Virus record (IMG/VR): IMGVR_UViG_2863404153_000002
Location: 5,165 to 69,164 of that record
DNA from: a virus
Lineage: Duplodnaviria; Caudoviricetes
Length of the DNA: 64,000 bases
Direction: 5' to 3' (one strand)
Shown here: positions 8,486 through 18,049 of the stretch, piece by piece
How positions within the stretch are numbered: position 1 is the stretch's first letter
How the letters are laid out: each line of letters opens with the position of its first letter
Translations under genes and position numbers: made by a program
The notes under the pieces: generated by a model
Database searches by the model: none
What the model was told of the DNA's origin: nothing
Seen by the model: only the letters and a program-made list of their open reading frames with translations

Positions 8486-10155
8486 TGGCCCGCCCCTCCA
8501 AGAAGCTGCCCCGCACGGCTGCGCACCGGCCGGCCGTCAAGCGCCGCCGCTTCCGCCACGACGACCTCATCGCGGTCGATCTCTTCTCGGGGTTCGGTGG
8601 ATTGACGCAGGGCATCGAGATGGCCGGGTTCACGACGATCATGGCGGCGAACCACAACGCGTACAAAGTCGAGGTCCACGAGGCGAACCACCCGAACGCC
8701 GAGCACTGGATCGCCGACCTGGTCGACCCCGAAGCCGCGGACTACCACTCCGCCCGGGACCTCCCCGCCGCTGACCTGCTCGTTGCGGGAGTCAGCTGCG
8801 TCAACCACAGCCAGGCCAACACGGTGAAGGCGTATCAGCAGGGGCTGACGCTGTTCGAACTGGAGGACCCGGAGTTCGAGGCCCGGGTCACCAAGTCGGA
8901 GCGGGACCGGGCCACGGCGAACTGCGTCCTGCACTACGCGCAGAAGCACCGGCCGCGAATGATCCTCGTCGAGTGCACCACGGGACTGCAGTCGTGGGGC
9001 CCCGCCCTGCCGGACCGCCCGAACGTGGGCGACGGCAGCACCTACCGGTGGTGGCTCCAGCAGTTCGAACTGCTCGACTACAACCACAAGGTGCTGTTCC
9101 TGAACAGCCAGTTCTTCGGGGTGCCGCAGTCAAGGAACCGCGGCTACTGGGTGTTCGTCCACAAGTCCCTCCCGATGCCAGACCTGGAACACCGGCCGGT
9201 GTCGCGCTGCCACCACTGCGACAAGAACGTCGAGGCGGTCTGGACGTGGAAGACCGGACCCACGCCGACCGGCACGGTGGAGTACGGCAAGCAGTACAAC
9301 TACCGGTGCCCCAGCTGCCGTCGCGAGGTCGTCCCGCCGATGACGCCGTCGCTGGCCGCGCTCGACCTGACCGACCTCGGAACACGGCTCGGCGACAAGC
9401 CGATCAAGACGTTCAAGGACAAGAAGACCGGCGAGATCTTCAGAGGCCCGCTCGCCCGGTCGTCAATGGAACGCGCGGAGCGCTGCCGCCAGAGGTTCGC
9501 CACCTCGCCCGCCATCCTCATGCCGGCGAAGGGCGTGCACGGATCCGAGCGACTCCTGCTGCAGCCGATGGCGACGCAGACCAGCCAGCAGGAGACGGCG
9601 ATTCTGTCGACCGGGCCGGTCGCGCATCCGCTGTGGGCCGAGTCCGCGGTCGCACTCGCCGTGGACAACTACCAGGGCGCACCACGTAGCGCCGCCGAGC
9701 CGCTGCCCACCCAGGTCGGCTCCGAGACGCTCGCCGTGGTGTCCTCCGGGGTCGTCCCGTACCGGAAGCACACCGTGCCCACGACGCACGGCGAGGCGAT
9801 GCCGACGTTCACCTCGGAGCAGATCCCGGGGGTGCTCTCAGCCGCCGGAACCGTCACCCACGGCATGGCCGAATCGCAGATCTCGGCCCTCTGGCGGTCC
9901 ACCCTCTCGGAGCTACCGCTCGAAGACTGCTTCTACCGAATGATGCGGGAGTACGAGATCGGCCGCGGCTGCGGCTTCGACGTCGACTTCCCCGGTTATA
10001 AAGGCACCTTCGTCGTCTGGGGCTCCGCCCGCAACCAGGTCGACGGATTCGGCAACGCTGTATCAAGGCAGGTCGGAGCCTGGATCGGGACCCGACTGCG
10101 GGCCGTCATCCACACCCCGCAGGACCGCGGCCCCGAACTGGCGGTGGCCGCGTGA
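8485..10155 (+). CDS. DNA cytosine-C5 methyltransferase with variant catalytic motifs
   Basis: Motif I DLFSGFGG, GVSC in place of PC, FFGVPQSRNR, terminal GNAV. Confidence 0.85.
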   Translation: MARPSKKLPRTAAHRPAVKRRRFRHDDLIAVDLFSGFGGLTQGIEMAGFTTIMAANHNAYKVEVHEANHPNAEHWIADLVDPEAADYHSARDLPAADLLVAGVSCVNHSQANTVKAYQQGLTLFELEDPEFEARVTKSERDRATANCVLHYAQKHRPRMILVECTTGLQSWGPALPDRPNVGDGSTYRWWLQQFELLDYNHKVLFLNSQFFGVPQSRNRGYWVFVHKSLPMPDLEHRPVSRCHHCDKNVEAVWTWKTGPTPTGTVEYGKQYNYRCPSCRREVVPPMTPSLAALDLTDLGTRLGDKPIKTFKDKKTGEIFRGPLARSSMERAERCRQRFATSPAILMPAKGVHGSERLLLQPMATQTSQQETAILSTGPVAHPLWAESAVALAVDNYQGAPRSAAEPLPTQVGSETLAVVSSGVVPYRKHTVPTTHGEAMPTFTSEQIPGVLSAAGTVTHGMAESQISALWRSTLSELPLEDCFYRMMREYEIGRGCGFDVDFPGYKGTFVVWGSARNQVDGFGNAVSRQVGAWIGTRLRAVIHTPQDRGPELAVAA

Positions 10156-10931
10156 CCGCCCGCCCGCACGGCAACGCGAAGTACCACCTCGAACACTGCC
10201 GCTGCCCCACCTGTACCCAGGCAGCCCGCGACTACGAGAACAACCGCTCCCGGGCCATCGCTTACGGTCGCTGGCAGCCATTCGTGGACGCCGAGCCCGT
10301 CCGCCAGCACGTCCGGGCGCTCGGCGAGTTCGGCATCGGCTGGATACGCACCGCGCGCCTCGCCGGCGTCTCCACCGGCGGCGTATCCAAGCTGCTGTAC
10401 GGCGACCGCCCCCGCGGACTCGCTCCTTCACGGCGGGTCCGCCCCGAGACCGCGATGAAACTCCTCGCGGTGGAGCCCACGCTCGTCAACCTCGGCGACC
10501 GGACCGCCGTCGACGGCACTGGGGCACGCCGCCGACTGCAAGCCCTTGTGTGCGCGGGCTGGACACAGTCCGAACTGGCCCGCCGAACGGGCATGAACCG
10601 CGCCAACTTCGCAAAGACCATCGTCAGCGGCCTCGTCGAGGTGGCCACGCTGAAGACGGCGCGTCGTCTGTACGACGAACTATGGCGCGGCGATCCCGTC
10701 GAAGCTGGAGTCCCATCGTGGCGGGCGGCAGCAGCCCGGCAGATCGCTACGTCCCGAGGCTGGGCCCCTATCGGGGCGTGGGATGACGACCGCATCGACG
10801 ACCCGGACGCATTCCCCGACTGGACCGGCTGGTGCGGCACACCCAAAGGCCGATCAATCCACTACCGCATCGGTGTCGCCGTCTGCGCGCCATGCCGAGA
10901 TGCATGCGCCAAACAGCGAGCCGCCGCGTGA
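10152..10931 (+). CDS. Zn-finger/HTH phage protein (paralog of 7368..8231)
   Basis: HG..Y..CRC..C, VDGTGARRRLQAL, WDDDRIDDP. Confidence 0.8.
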   Translation: MTARPHGNAKYHLEHCRCPTCTQAARDYENNRSRAIAYGRWQPFVDAEPVRQHVRALGEFGIGWIRTARLAGVSTGGVSKLLYGDRPRGLAPSRRVRPETAMKLLAVEPTLVNLGDRTAVDGTGARRRLQALVCAGWTQSELARRTGMNRANFAKTIVSGLVEVATLKTARRLYDELWRGDPVEAGVPSWRAAAARQIATSRGWAPIGAWDDDRIDDPDAFPDWTGWCGTPKGRSIHYRIGVAVCAPCRDACAKQRAAA

Positions 10932-11103
10932 CCGCGGGCCGCCGGCCGCGCGACCGGCCGGGAGACACGGGATTCGTGCACGCCGCAGCGACATGCAAAC
11001 CCGCTGTCACATCCCACAACCGGCCCTGACCAGCCGAAACGCTAGCCCGCACGACAAAGCCCCACCACACGGCGGGGCCTGGAGGAGAGGAGGCGGAATG
11101 CGA

Positions 11104-11325
11104 TCAGTCCGAGTCGGCAGCCGGCCTCTTGCGGCGCACGATCCTCGGCTTGATCTTGGGCATCTCGATGCCCTTGGCCTTGCAGTACGAGCGGACGCGC
11201 GAGTGGACGTGTCGGCGCAGGTCGTCGGTGCGCGTGGTGCCTTCCTCCGCGCACGCCTGGTCGTAGAGATCCCACATCTCGTCATCGATGCGGATCATGC
11301 GACCCGGCGTCCCTCTCGTGGTCAT
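11104..11325 (-). CDS. Ribbon-helix-helix-like small repressor
   Basis: RMIRIDDEMWDLYDQAC..RTDDLRRHV pattern; divergent from replication operon. Confidence 0.65.
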   Translation of the reverse strand: MTTRGTPGRMIRIDDEMWDLYDQACAEEGTTRTDDLRRHVHSRVRSYCKAKGIEMPKIKPRIVRRKRPAADSD

Positions 11326-11351
11326 GGCGACAGCGTAGCTGACCGTGCAGG

Positions 11352-11430
11352 AGCAATACACCCCGCCTCAGTTAAGTGTGTTGCCAATGTATTGCTTGTG
11401 CCTACACACCCGAGGGTAGAGTGGAGGCAC
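11352..11430. promoter_or_regulatory. Divergent control region with inverted repeats and a candidate TAGAGT -10 for the replication operon
   Basis: Perfect 9-bp IR AGCAATACA (11352) / TGTATTGCT (11388); GTGCCT/AGGCAC IR; locally AT-rich. Confidence 0.5.
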
Positions 11431-11526
11431 GCCAACCGGCTCGATCGAACCCGGTTCGAGCCTCCCTGAGGGCTGTCCCAACACCAGTCATGACCAGCAC
11501 AGACACCCCTCCCGAAGGAAGAACCC

Positions 11527-12486
11527 GTGAGCACTGAGGCCGTCACCTGGGCCATGGACCACGCGCCCATGCCACGCACCGAGAAGGGCAAGCCGGACAC
11601 CACCGCCCGGCACGTCCTCCAGGCGCTCGCTGAGCACGCCAGTCCGACCGGCACCGACGCGCACCCCTCCGTGCTCCGCATCCAATACCGCACTGGCTAC
11701 GACCGGGCCACCGTCCAACGCGCACTGCGCCGACTGGAGAAGGCCGGACTGATCGTCAAGGACGGCACCAGGGAATCGCGCACCCGCTACAAGCTGGCGA
11801 TGGCACTGCGCCGCCCGGCCACGGACTGGAGCGACCTTGAGAGGGAGGAAGACGAGTTCCGGGCCGCGGCAGCCGAGAGGAAGCGCCGTTCCCGAGCGAA
11901 GAGTGTCACGCACGCAGAATCCGTGACCGTCACGGACGGAGAAGGCGTGACGGTCACGCACGCAGAATCCGTGACCGGCGATGTCACGCACGCAAAGTCC
12001 GTCCGTCACGCACTTAAAGTCCGTTCGTCACGCACGGAACGCAGCCCTAACCACCAACAACCGTCAGACAACCAACTACTAAAAGACTCTTCTCCCGCAG
12101 CCGACTCGACCGAGCCACAGGCATCAGCCGCCCCGGTCCAGACCAAAAGCGGCAGCGAGAAGACGGATCACCACCTCGCAGCCTTCGGCGCCTTCTGGAG
12201 CAACTACCCGAAGAAGCGCGACCGCGAGGCAGCCAAGAAGGCGTGGATCGCCGCCATCGAGCGCGGCGTAGATCCCAAGCACATCGTCGACGCCGCCCAG
12301 GCCTACGCCCGCGAGCGCTTCGGCCAGGACCCCAAGTACACGAAGTTCCCGGCCAAGTGGCTCGACAACGGCTGCTACGACGACGAGCCCGACCCGCAGC
12401 CGGGCCCCCAGTTGCGTGCCGTGGCCGGCGGCTATCAGCCCTACCGCAATCCCACCGACCAATCCGTCTACGACGAGGACTTCTGA
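11527..12486 (+). CDS. Phage replication initiator (N-terminal HTH, lambda O-like)
   Basis: HTH (PSVLRIQYRTGYDRATVQRALRRLE), C-terminal FWSNYPKKRD..PAKWL..YDDE; upstream of DnaC/DnaB. Confidence 0.85.
   Translation: MSTEAVTWAMDHAPMPRTEKGKPDTTARHVLQALAEHASPTGTDAHPSVLRIQYRTGYDRATVQRALRRLEKAGLIVKDGTRESRTRYKLAMALRRPATDWSDLEREEDEFRAAAAERKRRSRAKSVTHAESVTVTDGEGVTVTHAESVTGDVTHAKSVRHALKVRSSRTERSPNHQQPSDNQLLKDSSPAADSTEPQASAAPVQTKSGSEKTDHHLAAFGAFWSNYPKKRDREAAKKAWIAAIERGVDPKHIVDAAQAYARERFGQDPKYTKFPAKWLDNGCYDDEPDPQPGPQLRAVAGGYQPYRNPTDQSVYDEDF
11905..12090. repeat. Six iteron-like GTCACG(C/G)AC repeats plus an A-rich tract: candidate replication origin
   Basis: Copies at 11905, 11929, 11953, 11983, 12005, 12027; first three are GTCAC-N13-GTGAC. 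Confidence 0.75.
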
Positions 12487-12487
12487 G

Positions 12488-13198
12488 ATGCAGTACATCC
12501 CGCCCGCGAACCTGCGAGGCCACGACATCACCCCGCTGCTCGCCAACCGCGGCCTCGACCCGGACTGGATCCAGCTGCACGACTTCGACCCACACACCCC
12601 GCAGAACGTCGCCCGCTACACCTACGCCGAGACCGCCGCGAAGATCCCGTTCCACTACCGGTCCGCCGTCCCGACACTGCCGCAACTGCGGGCCTGGATC
12701 GACACCCTCGTCGCCACGGCGAAGCAAGCCCAGGCGGAGCGGGGCGGACCCATCGCCAGCATCACCCACGGCCCGTCCATCCTGCTGCTGGGCGTGACCG
12801 GCGTCGGCAAGACCCACGAGGCCTACGGGGCGATGCGGGAACTGGCCGTGTCCGGGGTGTACGGGCAATGGCAGGTGACCACCGCCGCCGACCTGTACGC
12901 CGCCCTGCGCCCGCGTCACGGCGTCGACTCCGAGGCCGAGTTCCGCAAGTACCGCGACGCCCGCCTCCTCCTCGTCGACGACCTGGGGGCGGAGCGTAAA
13001 CCGACCGAGTTCACCGAAGAGATCAACTTCCGGCTCATCAACCACCGGTACGAGCACCACCTGCCGACGGTCATGACATCCAACATGCGGCCGAAGGAGC
13101 TCACCGAGCGTCTCGGCGACCGCGTGGTCGGCCGGCTCCGCGAGATGTGCGAGCGGATCCCCATGGAAGGCCACGACCGCCGGAGGAACGCCGCGTGA
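12488..13198 (+). CDS. DnaC/IstB-like AAA+ helicase loader
   Basis: Walker A GVTGVGKT, Walker B LLLVDDLG, TSN, DRVVGRL. Confidence 0.88.
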   Translation: MQYIPPANLRGHDITPLLANRGLDPDWIQLHDFDPHTPQNVARYTYAETAAKIPFHYRSAVPTLPQLRAWIDTLVATAKQAQAERGGPIASITHGPSILLLGVTGVGKTHEAYGAMRELAVSGVYGQWQVTTAADLYAALRPRHGVDSEAEFRKYRDARLLLVDDLGAERKPTEFTEEINFRLINHRYEHHLPTVMTSNMRPKELTERLGDRVVGRLREMCERIPMEGHDRRRNAA

Positions 13199-14580
13199 CC
13201 ACCGAAACCCAGACCTGGGCGCCCGACGACGTCAGCGTCGACGCCGGCCCGCGCCCGCCCGATCGGCCCCGCGACATCGAAGCCGAACGCGTCCTCGCCG
13301 CCACCGCCATCGTCCAGCCCGCCATCATCGACGAGCTCGCAGCCGAAGGCTTCGACCCCGCCGACATCACCACCGACGCCTACCGCTGGATCTGGTGGGC
13401 CGTCGAAGAACTCCGCACCGCCTTCCGAGACGGCGAACTCCGCCACCTTGCCGTCCACCGGCAACTCGAAACCTGGCACGCCGAAGGCCGCATGCCCACC
13501 CGCGTCCCCACAGCAGCACAACTCGCCGAACTCAACCTGTCCGCCCACCCCGGCGCCGCCCCCTGGTACGCAGAGCGAGTCACGAAGAAGGCTGTCGCCG
13601 CGCGAGTCGTCGCGCTCGGCTACGACGCCATCCTCAAGGGCTCCTCTCCCGCCTTCGACGAAGACGCCGACGTCGCCGCCATCCAGGCCGACCTCGACGG
13701 CGCCGTCCGCCCCACTGACGACTCCGACCTGGCCTCTATCGGTGACCTTGTCGGCGGCAGCCTGGTGCGCGCCGTGACCCCGCCCACCAACGAGGACCGC
13801 GTTCCCACCGGCTTCATGGACCTCGACAGCCTCTTCTCCGGCGGCTTCACCCCGGGCCAGATGGTCGTCGTCGGCGCCCGGCCGGCGATGGGCAAGTCCA
13901 CGCTCGCCCAGGACTTCGCCCGCGGCGCCGCCATCCGACACAGGATCCCCACGCTCATCGAGTCGCTGGAGATGAGCCGCGACGACCTTTCCGACCGGAT
14001 CCTGTGCGCCGAGGCCCGCATCCCGCTGCACCACCTGCGCCAGGGAATCGTCAGCGACGGCGACGTTGCCCGCGCCGCCGCCCGCGTGCAGGACACCATC
14101 GCTGAGGCCCCGCTCTACATCAACGACGGTGCCCTGCTGTCGCTGGCCGGCCTCCGGGCCCGGGTCCGCAACCTCGTCCGCACCAAGGGCCTCCGGCTCG
14201 TCATCATCGACTACCTGCAGCTCATGCAGGTCGGGCGGGCCGATAACCGGCAGCAGGCCGTCGCTGACCTCTCCCGCGGACTCAAGCTCCTCGCCAAGGA
14301 CTTCGGCATCGCCGTCGTCGTCCTCTGCCAGCTCAACCGCGGCCCCGAGCAGCGCACCGAGAAGAAGCCCCAGGTCTCCGACCTCCGTGAGTCCGGGGCG
14401 ATCGAGCAGGACGCCGACATCGTGATCCTTCTCCACCGCGAGGACGCCTACGACAAGGAATCCCCGCGCGCCGGCGAAGCCGACCTCATCGTCGGCAAGC
14501 ACCGCAACGGGCCCACGGCCACGATCACCACCGCGTTCCAAGGGCACTACGCCCGCTTCACGGACATGGCCCAGACGTGA
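13195..14580 (+). CDS. dnaB: Replicative DNA helicase
   Basis: GARPAMGKST, IIDYLQLM, QLNRGPEQR, DLRESGAIEQDAD, KHRNGPT. Confidence 0.96.
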   Translation: MTTETQTWAPDDVSVDAGPRPPDRPRDIEAERVLAATAIVQPAIIDELAAEGFDPADITTDAYRWIWWAVEELRTAFRDGELRHLAVHRQLETWHAEGRMPTRVPTAAQLAELNLSAHPGAAPWYAERVTKKAVAARVVALGYDAILKGSSPAFDEDADVAAIQADLDGAVRPTDDSDLASIGDLVGGSLVRAVTPPTNEDRVPTGFMDLDSLFSGGFTPGQMVVVGARPAMGKSTLAQDFARGAAIRHRIPTLIESLEMSRDDLSDRILCAEARIPLHHLRQGIVSDGDVARAAARVQDTIAEAPLYINDGALLSLAGLRARVRNLVRTKGLRLVIIDYLQLMQVGRADNRQQAVADLSRGLKLLAKDFGIAVVVLCQLNRGPEQRTEKKPQVSDLRESGAIEQDADIVILLHREDAYDKESPRAGEADLIVGKHRNGPTATITTAFQGHYARFTDMAQT

Positions 14581-14801
14581 GCGCCGACGTTGCGGACATC
14601 GTCGCGATGCGCGAGCAGGGCGACCTCAAGACGTACCTCCTCGCCCTCGGCGGCCGAACCCCCACCGCCCCCAAGTCGGCGGCCGAGCCGGACAAACCGA
14701 GCTACCACATCCCGCGCAAGGGCGCCTGGCCGTGCGGCACCGCCCCGTCCGGGCCCACCCCGCCGCCCTGCACCGACTGCCAGAACGGACCAACCCCATG
14801 A
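14577..14801 (+). CDS. Hypothetical phage protein
   Basis: GTGA coupling. Confidence 0.65.
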   Translation: MSADVADIVAMREQGDLKTYLLALGGRTPTAPKSAAEPDKPSYHIPRKGAWPCGTAPSGPTPPPCTDCQNGPTP

Positions 14802-14974
14802 CCGCGATCGACGACCTGTTGGCCGAAGACATTCCCCACCGCCCCGACCCCGCCCCACCACGGCCCCGCACCTACCAGCCGACGTGGACGCCGGAAGAGC
14901 AAGACCAGCACTGGGCGGACCTGTGCAACGCCATCGGGGTCCGCAACGAACGCCAGCCCCGCACCGCCGCCTGA
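14798..14974 (+). CDS. Small hypothetical protein
   Basis: ATGA coupling. Confidence 0.6.
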   Translation: MTAIDDLLAEDIPHRPDPAPPRPRTYQPTWTPEEQDQHWADLCNAIGVRNERQPRTAA

Positions 14975-15015
14975 GCTGTCCGCCCCGCCCGCCGAAACAC
15001 AGAACGGAAACCGAC

Positions 15016-15429
15016 ATGACCACCACACCAGCCCGCATCAAACGCGAGCGCACCACCGGATGGACCCTCGCCGCCGCCACCACGAACCCGCTCGGCGCCG
15101 TGATCGTCAGCCGCCCCAGCCGCTTCGGCAACCCGTTCCGCGTTGAGGACAATCTCGTCGAACTCATCGACGGCCGCGCCCTCGCCTGCCAAACGCCCTC
15201 CAGCGCCCGCTGCACCGCAGCCGGCCAGTACCGGGACTGGCTCGACGGCGAAGGGCCGGACGCTGTCGCTACCGGCCGCCAGGTCTTCGACCGCCGCCGC
15301 ATCCTCGCCGAACTCCACACCCTGCGCGGCAAAGACCTCGCCTGCACCTGCCCGCTCCCCGCCCCCGGCCAGCCCGACCACTGCCACGCGGCTGTCTTGA
15401 TCTCCCTCGCCAACCAGCCCACCGCCTGA
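15016..15429 (+). CDS. DUF4326-like protein
   Basis: VSRPSRFGNPF, LRGKDLACTC..CHA motifs. Confidence 0.8.
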   Translation: MTTTPARIKRERTTGWTLAAATTNPLGAVIVSRPSRFGNPFRVEDNLVELIDGRALACQTPSSARCTAAGQYRDWLDGEGPDAVATGRQVFDRRRILAELHTLRGKDLACTCPLPAPGQPDHCHAAVLISLANQPTA

Positions 15430-15495
15430 CCGCCCCCAACGGCACGCACCGTCACGCCCAACACGGCAACCCGCCAACGGAACAGGAACCACACC

Positions 15496-16290
15496 GTGAC
15501 CACCGTCAACCAACTCGACCTCGCCATCCACCCACCCCCCGGTGGCCAACTCCTCCACCAAACAGACCGGGCCACGATCATCTGGGGCGACAGCCGAGAC
15601 CCAGCAGTGATCGCCTCCGTACCCATCGACTACGGCCTGCTCTGCACCGACCCGCCCTACGGCATCCGCTACAACTCCGGCCGCAGCAACACCTTCACCG
15701 AAATCCCCGGCGACGACGGAAGCATCGACTGGCCAGGCGTGCTCGCCGAATGGGTCGGCCCCGAAGGCACCCGCATCCGCGGCCTCGCCGACGCCCGCCA
15801 CGTGTACGTCTTCGGCTACAGCCCAGAAGATCTGACCGGGCCGCTACGCCTCGGCGCCACCGAGACCCTGCTGTGGGACAAGGTCAGCCTCGGCATGGGG
15901 GACCTGGCGCTGCCGTGGGCCCGCCAGCATGAGCCGATCACGTTCGGCGTGCACGTGAAACGCAAGTCGGACCGCGCCAAGGGAGGCGGCCGTCTTGCTG
16001 CGCGGCTGCGGCGAGGCTCAGTCCTGCGCTACCAGCGCCCCAACAACGGTTCCGGTGACCGTCACTCGAACGAGAAGCCTGTTCCCCTGATCGCTGACCT
16101 GATCGAGTCGTCGACGGTGCGCGGCGAGCTGGTCGTCGACCCGTGCGCAGGGTGCGGCACGACCGGTGTGGCCGCTGTGCTGGAGGGCCGCCGCTGCTTC
16201 CTCGTCGAAGTCGACCGCGCCAACGCCGAACTGTGCGTGGAGCGTGTGGCCGCGGCGGAACGGATCGCCGACCAGATGGCCGGCGTTTGA
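15496..16290 (+). CDS. DNA amino-methyltransferase (N6-adenine/N4-cytosine, beta class)
   Basis: TDPPYG catalytic motif N-terminal; HSNEKP and DPCAGCGTTG SAM motif C-terminal. Confidence 0.88.
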   Translation: MTTVNQLDLAIHPPPGGQLLHQTDRATIIWGDSRDPAVIASVPIDYGLLCTDPPYGIRYNSGRSNTFTEIPGDDGSIDWPGVLAEWVGPEGTRIRGLADARHVYVFGYSPEDLTGPLRLGATETLLWDKVSLGMGDLALPWARQHEPITFGVHVKRKSDRAKGGGRLAARLRRGSVLRYQRPNNGSGDRHSNEKPVPLIADLIESSTVRGELVVDPCAGCGTTGVAAVLEGRRCFLVEVDRANAELCVERVAAAERIADQMAGV

Positions 16291-16392
16291 ACCGCCTGTG
16301 GCGTGAGCAGCCCGATCAACCACCACGAGCCGGCCCCCGGGAGTCGTAGTCCCGGGGGCCGTGCCCCAACCGTCCCACGAACTGGAGTGACC

Positions 16393-17415
16393 ATGACCAC
16401 CGAACCCGACGTCCTCGACCTGCTGAACGATGTCGACGCGTACCTGTGCGCCCTGCACGTCCACTCTGCCCGGCACGACCAGATTGGCGCTGACTTCACC
16501 TGCGGGGGCTGTCTGCTGCGGGAGCGGGTCGCTGCCGCACTGCCCGTACTGGCCGCTGTGCCTGTGCCGCCGCCCACAGACCAGACCGCCGCGCTGCTCG
16601 CTGCCGCCGATGCCGTGTTTGCCCTTGACTACGACGTGATGGTCGGCGAGGAGGGCGACGAAAACCTCGGCAGCATGCGTGAGGCGTGGGACCTCGGCAC
16701 GATTCACGCCGAGAAGCTGCTGCGCCGTCTGGCTGCCGAGGCGCAGCCCACCACCAAGCCCGAGACGGCGGAGATCCAGGTCTGGCCGCTCAAGCGGGTT
16801 CTGGCCGAAGTTCGCTGCGGGTCCAAGGACTGGACGTGGGAGGAGGAATGGGCCGACCTCGACCGCCGCCACGCCGACACCGGATACCTCACCAAGCTGG
16901 AGGAGGCGATCCGGGAGAACGGGATCACGATGCCCGTTCTCGTCGGCTCAGACGGTCGACTGTGGGACGGGCACCACCGGTTGCGTCTCGCGGTCCGGCT
17001 CGGCATCGGATACGTGCCGGTGGAGATCGTGCCGACCGCCGCCAAGCCCGAGACGGAGGCGCACCCGCCCACCCACGCGTGGAAGGTCGAGTCCCCGCGC
17101 CGCGACAAGTGGGCCAGCTGGGGAGCAACGCACGACGAACGCGTCTGGGCAGCCGCCAGCTTCGAGGACGTCGTCGAGGTGGCGCCGCAGCGAGCGTTCC
17201 GTCTGGTTCGTGCGACCACGACCTACACCGTCGAGGCCGAGCACCAGCCAGCCGCCGGGGTGGGGCAGGACGGGGCGCAGTCGTGCGCCGAGTGCAGCCA
17301 CCCGAAGGACGCGCACCGCGAAGGCGAGGATCCCGTCACGCCCGGCGTGTGCAGCGTGTGCGACGCCGAGGATCCTGACGAGGCGCACCACGACTACCGG
17401 TTGGCCCCGCAGTGA
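16393..17415 (+). CDS. Mosaic protein containing a ParB/Srx-like N-domain
   Basis: IRENGITMPVLV..LWDGHHRL. Confidence 0.7.
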   Translation: MTTEPDVLDLLNDVDAYLCALHVHSARHDQIGADFTCGGCLLRERVAAALPVLAAVPVPPPTDQTAALLAAADAVFALDYDVMVGEEGDENLGSMREAWDLGTIHAEKLLRRLAAEAQPTTKPETAEIQVWPLKRVLAEVRCGSKDWTWEEEWADLDRRHADTGYLTKLEEAIRENGITMPVLVGSDGRLWDGHHRLRLAVRLGIGYVPVEIVPTAAKPETEAHPPTHAWKVESPRRDKWASWGATHDERVWAAASFEDVVEVAPQRAFRLVRATTTYTVEAEHQPAAGVGQDGAQSCAECSHPKDAHREGEDPVTPGVCSVCDAEDPDEAHHDYRLAPQ

Positions 17416-17828
17416 TCGCGGAGGCCGTCGACGCGGCCCTCCTGCTGTGGCGCGCCTTGTGGCTGTGGCTGCTTGCGGGCGCGGTGGTGGTGACGGTGGG
17501 CGGGCTCGTGGCGGTGGCGGGCGTGTGGTGGGTGTGCGCGTCACTGCGGGCATGGATAGCCCGTCGCGGGCCTCAGCGGGGCCTAGGAGCGCCTCAGGGG
17601 GCCTCTCGCGGCTCTGCGGTCGCCGAGACAGCCACGGAGCCGGGAGGCGGGCGCACACGGCCTCCAGCCGGATCCGCATCCGCCGATACCCCCACAGCAG
17701 GCCCGAGAAGCCGCCGCAATCCGTACTGGGCGGCCCCACAGACGCCCGGCGGGCCTTTTCCCGCACCAGACCACCAACGGGCCGCAGAAGCCCGCACAGA
17801 GACTCCCGCCCGAAAGGACGCCGCATGA
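17412..17828 (+). CDS. Putative membrane protein
   Basis: Hydrophobic N-terminus; coupled at both ends. Confidence 0.55.
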   Translation: MIAEAVDAALLLWRALWLWLLAGAVVVTVGGLVAVAGVWWVCASLRAWIARRGPQRGLGAPQGASRGSAVAETATEPGGGRTRPPAGSASADTPTAGPRSRRNPYWAAPQTPGGPFPAPDHQRAAEARTETPARKDAA

Positions 17829-18049
17829 CCCCCGCCGAAGAGATCGCGCTCGCCGCGACCGAGATGCGCCGCTGGCCCGGCCCCGCCGCCGAACCCCTCG
17901 CCAACCTTCTCGACGCCACCGCAGACTTCGCCGCCGCCTACCCCGAAATGGCCCACGACCACGACCGACACACCTGCGACGACTACGCCTGCACCGTCAT
18001 GGGCCGCACCATCACCCTCGCCCGCGCCATCAACGGGAGCCAGCAGTGA
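17825..18049 (+). CDS. Hypothetical phage protein
   Basis: RBS AAGGA; ATGA coupling. Confidence 0.65.
   Translation: MTPAEEIALAATEMRRWPGPAAEPLANLLDATADFAAAYPEMAHDHDRHTCDDYACTVMGRTITLARAINGSQQ

Noticed and set aside
11445-11459. TCGAAC-CCG-GTTCGA as a LexA box for the replication operon
   Set aside because: Spacer is 3 nt rather than 4; better explained as part of a local hairpin, though not fully excluded
11905-12035. Repeat array as CRISPR or as only a peptide repeat
   Set aside because: Repeats are 9-23 bp with no spacers of CRISPR size and no cas genes; they lie in an initiator gene, so iterons fit better
16393-17415. ParAB partition system
   Set aside because: Only a ParB N-domain; no ParA ATPase or parS array seen
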